Assembly: GCA_951406725.2 (NCBI GenBank)
Contig: OX597816.1
Coordinates: 25,358,001 to 25,422,000, forward strand
Source: Octopus vulgaris
Lineage: Eukaryota
DNA: 64,000 bases
Direction: 5' to 3'
Shown piece after piece: positions 54,701 to 63,700 of the stretch. A program made the position numbers and the translations under genes. Each line of letters begins with the position of its first letter. Position 1 is the first letter of the stretch. The notes beneath the pieces were generated by a model. It saw only the letters and a program-made list of their open reading frames with translations, had not been told where the DNA came from and did not search any database.

Positions 54701-56980
54701 ACTTATTCTTTGTAAGCCTAGTACTTATTCTATCGGTCTCTTTTGCCGAATCGTTAAGTTACGGGGACGTAAACACACCAGCATCGGTTGTCAAGCGATG
54801 TTGGTGGGGACAAACACAGAAACACAAACACACACACATACATATACATATACATATATACGATGGGCTTCTTTCTGCTCCGTCTACCTCCGTTGGGGAG
54901 GATTGGGGACAAACACAAACACATAAACATATACACACACATACATATATATATAGATGTATACGACGGGCTTCTTTCAGTTTCCGTCTACCAAATCCAC
55001 TCACAAGGCTTTGGTTGGCCCGAGGCTATAATAGAAGACACTTGCCCAAGGTGCCACGCAGTGGGACTGAGCCTGGAAACACGTGGTTCGTAATCACGCT
55101 ACTTACCACACAGCCACTCCTACTCCTATTGTTTAATTTATGTATAAGTTACTTCTATTTTCAATCCGGTTATCCATTAGGTTAGCTACCCGGTTAGACT
55201 GCGAGCTGGCAGAAATGTTAAGCACGCCGTGCGAAATGCGTAGCCGTATTTCGTCTGCCGTTACGTTCTGAGTTCAAATTCCACCGAGGTCAGCTTTACC
55301 TTTCATCCTTTCGGGGTCGATAAATTAAGTACCAGTTACGCACTGGGGTCGATACAATCGACTTAATCCGTTTGTCTGTCCTTGTTTGTCCTCTCTGTGT
55401 TTAGCCCCTTGTGGGTAGTAAAGAAATAGGTTAGCTACCCAGTTTCCATGTAGTATAAGCAATCGAGGGCCAACCGTTTCTCCATTTATTGGGGTGCTGG
55501 CCCACAAAAAAGGTTGCTCATTTACAGCTGCATGGACTGGAGCAACGTAAAGTGAGGTGCTTTGTTCAAGAACACAACGTACCACTCGGTCCGGGAATTG
55601 AAACCACGACCTTACTCCATGATATTACTCTACGATCTTACTATATTGAGTGCAAGATTCTGGTCACTACACCATGTAGCTCACTGAGTTTTTGATGTAG
55701 AACAGTATGACGACAGCCATTTCATTTTGAAAACGCCGAAACTCAAACCCAAAGGTTGTTAAATATTTGTCAGTAAGGTCTTATTGATAATGACATCCCG
55801 TTTTCCCACCTGTAGGATTCTCAGTCTGTAAACAATAGATGAGGCATGGCTCTAACGTGCTCGCAGAAAAATGTAGGTATTAACTCTCGTAAAAGTCTTA
55901 TATTCCTGTGCTATGTATATAAATACGTGAGGATATGAAATTTTCTCTCTACGTGCGAGGACATACACATTATACCATAAATGTAGTGTCATAATGGCCA
56001 ATATATATTGGCCCATTATGAAGAGTGGAGAGGTAAATTATCCAAAAATGGTGAGCTAACTCCAGCTAGAATCGAACCCACAAATGAATGCTTCTTGCAT
56101 ATTCGATTAAGCCAGAACATTCACCAATAAATTTAATTCAAATTTAATGTATAGAAACCTAACAATTAAGAACTACATATCATATTTGTAAACAAACCCG
56201 GAAGCTTGATAAGTTACGGAGATAAATGACTACTAAAGATACGTTTCTATAGATTAAATTTGACTGAAATTTATGGGTGAGTACTCTGGCTAAATCGAAT
56301 GCGCAAGGAGCCGTGTAAGCATTGATTTGTGGGTTTGATTCCAGATGGAGTTAGCTTTAAATCGAGTATTATTGTGATACATTATTGTATAAAGAATAAC
56401 TTTAGTAGTCTTGTGAGTAGATTTGATAGACGGAAACTGAAAGAAGCCCGTCATATATACATATATATGTATGTGTGTGTGTGTGACTTTGTGTTTGTCC
56501 CCACATCACCGTTTGAAATTAGTACTGGTGTGTTTACGTTCCCGTAACTTAGCGGTTCAACAAAAGAGTTTTATAGACTAAGTACTAGGCTTAAAAAATA
56601 AGTCCTGGGGGTCATTTTGTTCGACTAAATTCCCACAAGGTGATGATCCAGCATGGCCGCAGTCAAATGACTGAAAAAAGTAAAAAAAGAAATATCTGTG
56701 TGTGTGTGTGTGTGTGCGTGCGTGTATTCATTTATTCTTTTACTGGTTTCAGTAATTTGACTGCGGCCATGCTAGAGCACCGTCTTAAATATCTTTTTAG
56801 TCAAAGAAATAGACCTCAGAACTTATTATTTGTAAGCCTAGTACTTATTCTATCATTCTTTTTTGCCGAACCGTTAGGTTACGGGGAGATAAACACACCA
56901 ACATCGGTTGTCAAGCAATGGTGGTGGTGGTGGGGGGGGGGCAAAGACAGGCAGAGAGACACACACAATCACGCACGCAC

Positions 56981-57031
<51 letters not shown>

Positions 57032-60000
57032 TATGTTCGGCCCGAGGCTATAGTAGAAGACTCTTGCCCAAAGTGCCACACAGTGGGACTGAACCCGGAA
57101 CTATGTGGCTGGGAGGCAAGTTTTTTTTACCATACAGCCACGATGTATGTATAATGTGTGTGTATTGATATGATTAGATCTATTGAAACTTTTTAACTAT
57201 TTCTCATTTCTTTGATATTCAGCAAAATTTTGTCCGAGTTTCCAAGAATACAGATACAACACATCTACATGTCAACCTACATGCTTGAATTTGAAGCCAG
57301 ATTGTATGACTCGTACTGAAGGATGTATTTGTCAGCCGGGTTATGTTCTGAGCGGAAATGAATGCGTCAGTCCATCAAAATGTGGCTGCAGGAATGCTAA
57401 CTTTTATATGACGGTAAGTACTTTCAATTCTAAAATCATCGACAGAATTCAGGGTGGTAATTAGCAAGGACAGGGGATTGGTAGGATCGGTGGGGCTTTG
57501 GACAAAATGTCTTATAGTATTTAGCACTGCATCTCTATGTTCTGGTATCTAATGCCATCGAAGTTAAAATTGCTTCGACCATCATCACCACCGCCATCAC
57601 TCTCACCACCTAAATCACTTCCCCACTACCACACATTCTACGACCAACACCACCACGACAATCGCCGAGAATAAATATTTAATACGCCTAATATTTTCGA
57701 TTAAGAACACTTATTAAAAAAATCATACGAAACAAGTACAAGATGTAATTTACGACTCCATTCCCTTTGTGGGTTAAATCCATATGGACATTTGACTTAC
57801 ACATATATAAATGTTGTGGCTGTGGATGTCGTCCCATCGGCTGTCAGTGTCTGGGTGGGATGATATGGGTGAGATGAAAAATTGGACCGAGTCCTCTAAT
57901 TTACGATGGTGTCTATAAAAACTGGTTATATATTTAGTAGCCACGGCAACTCTTTCGTGTCTTGTCTGTTAACTGTAGGCCTGGTATTTATTCCTCAGAA
58001 GCTTCTTTTATCTGTAGGTTACCGATATTACGATTTATGGTTTTAATTTAAATTATGATCTCTTAGTGCATGCTGCAGCGTTGTCTTAGATGCTTTTGAA
58101 TATACGCTTTGTATGTGAGGAGATGCTCTTTCATTCGGACGTGTAATGTCCGAATCACACTTTTAATATTACATTTGTTGGATATAGTGCATAGGATCTG
58201 ATATACGGTGTAAATATACAAGTATTTATCTGATGAGGAAGTTGCTACTGCGCATGGCTTCTGTCGTTGAGGAACCGTTTCTTCCATACATATTTCCGTT
58301 GCGATGGGGGCTGACAATATCTGCTGTATATCTAGCCCTTTTTTAACAATGACCTTGAGGATAATATGGTAGTTTAATGAAACATATTTTGGAAGAGGTC
58401 TAACGTTCCTTAAGTTTGGCACCTTAAAATTGACTGGTAACAAATATTAAATATGCATCAACTTCTAGAACTTTTTCGAACTGTACGTTATATATGGCCC
58501 TATCTTCTGTCTCAATGCATCTGTGCAATCTAACATGGATCAGTCTGTTTCGTTTACACCAGCCTTGGCATTGTTAGGGAAGGCTGATCTTTAGCGAGTA
58601 AAGAAAAATATTTGAAGATGGCTTTCTTGATGAACCTAGTGTTGATGCTATCGCCTTCTATAATTTTGTACTGGAAGACGAGTAGAGGGAAGGGTCCAAT
58701 GTGGTTGATTTTTTTCAATGCTGAAATTTATACGGTTATCTATGCTTGAAAGCGTTACAGATATGCACCAGCTTCTCTTTCTCTCTCATAAAGACATATA
58801 CTGCTTATAATTAAACAAATAATAATAAATCTCTGAACGAGGTATAAACAGATTGGGACCCCTTCGCATCGAAGACCGGTGATTGTCGTGCGCTGACGAC
58901 GGGTAAATATTCAGAAAACCGGGTCCGTGTGTATCACGTCAGGTCGACGATGGGAAGGATGGCTTCCCATTGCAAATACTGATAGAGCACAGAAAGTGTG
59001 TCAATAGCCAGCTGGAGAAGATGTTCTCCTGGGGCTACAAGCTACAGTAGCATCCACCCATAGTGGTTAGTCACATTTAAGTGGCAAATATACTTCACAA
59101 ATTAAAAAAATATTTTACAACTTAAGGGACTTTCTACATGATCGCTCGCCCTGATATAATACAGTATTATAAATGTGCACATCGGATAATGTAATTTTAG
59201 GTATCACTAGAAAGAGAGGCTGATAAGGTATTAGATCAGAGATCAACTCAATCAGGGTTCTCCTCGCGATATGCTACGATAGAACTTATTGCAAGCACAC
59301 TAATTCCTTGTTAACGTACACTCATTTGTATTTAGAACAAAGATCTGAAATTTTACTGTATCATTACCTGGCAAAGATGAATAAGCGATATTTTAATTTT
59401 GCTTTTTAAACAATATTTAGCTTAAAGAAGAAATCTACAGTACCGACTGCAATACGAAATATGTATGCTTGGGAAGGAATGAGGTACAAAAACAACCAGC
59501 AGCCTGTCAAGAAAATAGTCATTGTACACTTGAAAATAACAAGCGAATGTGTACTTGTGATAATGGTTATATAATGAGTGAAGGAAAATGTATTAAAGAA
59601 GGTAAGTTATAAGATATATATGAAATGTAAAGATACGCACAGACATATATATATACACACATGCATACATACATAGAGTAAATTTTGACCGGCCACCTAT
59701 TTGGTAGCAAGGTTGTGAAGGAAAGCATCTTGCTTTGCTCATTATCCTTTAAATCTTAAGAAGTGGATTTTTATAGTTCCTTGATATCGGGATCGTTTGT
59801 AGTGTATGTATATATTATATTATGTGGAAGCGCAATGGCCCAGTGGTTAGGGCAGCGGACTCGCGGTCGTAGGATCGCGGTTTCGATTCTCAGACTGAGC
59901 ATTGTGAGTGTTTATTGAGAGAAAACATCTAAAGCTCCACGAGGCTCCGACAGGAGGTGGTGGCGATCCCTACTGTATTCTTTCGCCACAACTTTCTCTC

Positions 60001-60147
60001 ACTCTCTCTTCTGTTGGCCTGCTCACTTAGCCAGCGGGGTGGCGTCATTTGAAGGCTAAAACAATGCGAAACGCATTGTGACCAGCGATGTGTAGCAACA
60101 TCTGATAGCCTAGTCGGTCACGGTGGTCACGGATATGTATGTATGTA

Positions 60148-60204
<57 letters not shown>

Positions 60205-60676
60205 ATATATGTATATATGTATGTATGTATGTATGTAATGAGGTACCAAGCAATTGTGCTCATTATTTATTGTTTTAATGATTTTTGATTGCATAAAGAA
60301 AACTCTCTGCTGGTGCTGGAAAAGAAAAAAACCCAACTCTCCGGTGTTTAGCACCAGTCAGCTCAGAATGAGTAGGCTCATGATCAAAGGCTTTCCAGAG
60401 GAGACAGTAATTATCGTTATATTCTAGAAATAGCATACACCAGACGTCATACAACGTCTTTTTATATAAAGGCTGTAGAGCGTATTTGAGGGAAGTTAGA
60501 CTGTAATAGTAACATTAGCAGGAGTGGCTGTGTCGTAAGTAGCTTGCTTACCAGCCACATGGTTCCGGGTTCAGTCCCACTGCGTGGCACCTTGGGCAAG
60601 TATCTTCTACTATAGCCTCGGGCCGACCTAAGTCTTGTGAGTGGATTTGGTTGACGGAAACTGAAAGAAGCCCGTC

Positions 60677-60750
<74 letters not shown>

Positions 60751-63700
60751 TTGTGTTTCTGTGTTTGTCCTCTCAACATCGCTTGACAATCGATGCTGGT
60801 GTGTTTATGTCCCCGTCACCTAGCGGTGCGGCAAAAGAGACCGATAGAATACGTACTAGGCTTACAAAGAATAAGTCTTGGGGTCGATTTCCGCGACTAA
60901 AGGCAGTGCTCCAGCATGGCTGCAGTCAAATGACTGAAACAAGCAAAAGAGTAAAAGAGTATCAAGCAACCACATAGATGTCACCCTCATCGACCGGTGA
61001 AAATCCATGTTATCCATTGGTGTCTAACCAGTATTTTAAAAAAGGGTTGACGAAAATTTAAAAGTTTGTGGGGTGTTTATCAAGTATGTGATGTAAGAAT
61101 ATTTTGAGGTTTATACTATTCTCAAGGAGGCATTAGCTGGCGATGAAAGTAAAAGAATGAGTTTCAAATAGAAAATGAAATCGTGTTTTGGCCTGAGCCA
61201 AAAGGAAATTATTTCTTGTCTCAGAGCGCTCTGCAATATTTGGAGTTAATATTGGTTTCAAATTGGCGCAATTTAGAGGGAGGCTTAAGTCTTTTACATC
61301 GATCCCAGTACTCAACTGGTACTTATTTTATCGACCTAGAAACGATGAAAAGCAGAGTCGACCTCGGCGGCGTTTGAACCCAGAACGTAAAGACGGACGA
61401 AATGCCACTAAGGATTGTACACGGCGTGCTAACGATTCTGCCAGTTGGTCGCCTTATTTAGTATTAATATTGCGAATCGACTGCAACAGTGGAAAGTATA
61501 CTTTTGGTAGTAGTTGTTATTACTAAGCCTTAAATCAACCCTGATCCAGCTAATTATTTACAAATTGGACATTCCTTCTTATTTTCGAGTCGCTGCATCC
61601 AGGAACAAATTATCCAAATGCATTGCCTTTTTAAGACAGTAATTGAGATTTAGTTTGAGAAATTTGGCCTCGCTCGGTTCACATTTATCTGATGATCTGA
61701 GCTTGAACTTTGTCCGTTGTATTGTAATCATTCTGTTAGTGGAGGCACATGGCCTAGTGGTTAGAGCAGCGGACTCGCGGTCGAGGAATCACGGGTTCGA
61801 ATCTCAGACCGGGCGATGTGTGTGTTTATGAGCGAAAACTTCTAAGCTCCACGCGGCTCCGGCAGAAGGTAGTGGCGAACTTCTGCTGACTTTTTCGCCA
61901 CAACTTTCTCTCACTCTTTCCTCCTGCATCTTGCAGCTCACCTGCCACGGACCGGCGTCCCGTCGCAGGTGGGGAACCTGTACGCCAAGAAACCGGGAAA
62001 CCGGCCCTTATGAGCCAGGCATGGCTCGAGAAGGAACAAACAATCATTCTGTTTATTGTGTGCATGCCGTGTGACGATATGTAAAGTCTGATCTGTAGCT
62101 GAAACACATTTGTCTGGAATCTACTTTCCGAAGATTAGCTGAAATGCATCTACCTGTGCAAAATAAACATCAAGAGATTTTGAACTATTTTGCATAAGCA
62201 GATATTTCCTTCTGATATTTCATCATCTTAAGGCGACGAGCTGGAAGAATGCTAAACGGGACGAAATGCTTAGTCGGATTTCGTCCATCATCACGTTGTA
62301 AGTTCAAATTTCTGTGAGGCCGACTTTGCTTTTCATTCCTACGGGGTCGATAAAATAAGTACCAGTTGACCACTGGGGTCGATGCGATCGATTTACCTAT
62401 CTCCCCGAAATTGCTGGCCTTGTGCCAAAATTTGAAATCAGTATTTTATCATTTTAAGGCGGCGAGCTGACAGAATCGTTAGCACGGCGGACCAAATGCT
62501 TAGCGGCATTTCATCCGTCTTTACGTTCTGAGTTCAAATGCTTTGCTCTTCATCCTCTCGGAATGCAGCGCAATGGGACAGAACCTGAAACCATGTGGTT
62601 GGGGAGCAAGCTTCATACCACACAGTCATTCCTGCGACTATGCATTTTATAGAAAGATATGTGTTTATAACCCTGTGTGTAGATCTTATCTGTTTTTCGA
62701 CTGAAATAATACTTATGATTTTCGTTACTGCTACATTTCAGGTACGATGGATTTTGTTCGAGTTATTAAAGCATATATTAAAGGAATCCCGATGTTATCT
62801 TATGTTTCAAACGATATAAAACAATGCAGTTCTAAATGCCTTGAAATTGACGAATGCAAGTCTTTTAACTACGATACTAAATTTCATATTTGTGAATTGT
62901 TCACAATCAACGCTGCTTCGAGTACTGTCTTAACATCGAGAGGATGCTACCACAAGGTTTATTATCAACGTGTCCGTAAGTATACTTCATAAATATAACT
63001 AAATAAATTTCTATTCGTTGAATAATACATTGTTGTTGTTGTTGTCGTCGTCTTCGTCCTCCATGTTTCTCTTCCTTCGCCCACTCCTCCCCTTTATCGC
63101 TCATCAATATATATATTTCTTTACTACCCACAAGGGGCTAAACATAGAGGGGACAAACAAGGACAGACAAAGGGATTAAGTCGATTACACAGACCCCAGT
63201 GCGAAACTGGTACTTTATTTATCGACCCAGAAAGGATGAAAGACAAAGTCGACCTCGGCGGAATTTGAACTCAGAACGTAACAGCAGACGAAATACGGCT
63301 ACGCATTTCGCCCGGCGTGCTAACGTTTCTGCCAGCTCGCCGCCTTAATATATATATTATGAATATATATGCTCATGAATATATATGCATTTGTGTGTAT
63401 ATATATGTTGTTTGTTCCTCTTCGAGCCACGCCTGGCTCATAAGGGTTCACTCCCTGCTTGCAATATATATCAAATGCAGACTGTATCGAATGACCAGCT
63501 GGAGAAGGCATCCTCCTGAGGTTAAAATAGCTACGGAACAGCCATATTTAAGTGGTGATAAACGTTAATTCTCAGTATTATTTCTGCTGTCATCTCTTAT
63601 AGAGATTTTCTGAACTTGCTAATTTGCTTGTTAATCCTCCTCTATTTTCTTTTACCCAAAGTCGGGAACTTTTCTGTACCCATTGTCATCTTCTACATCA

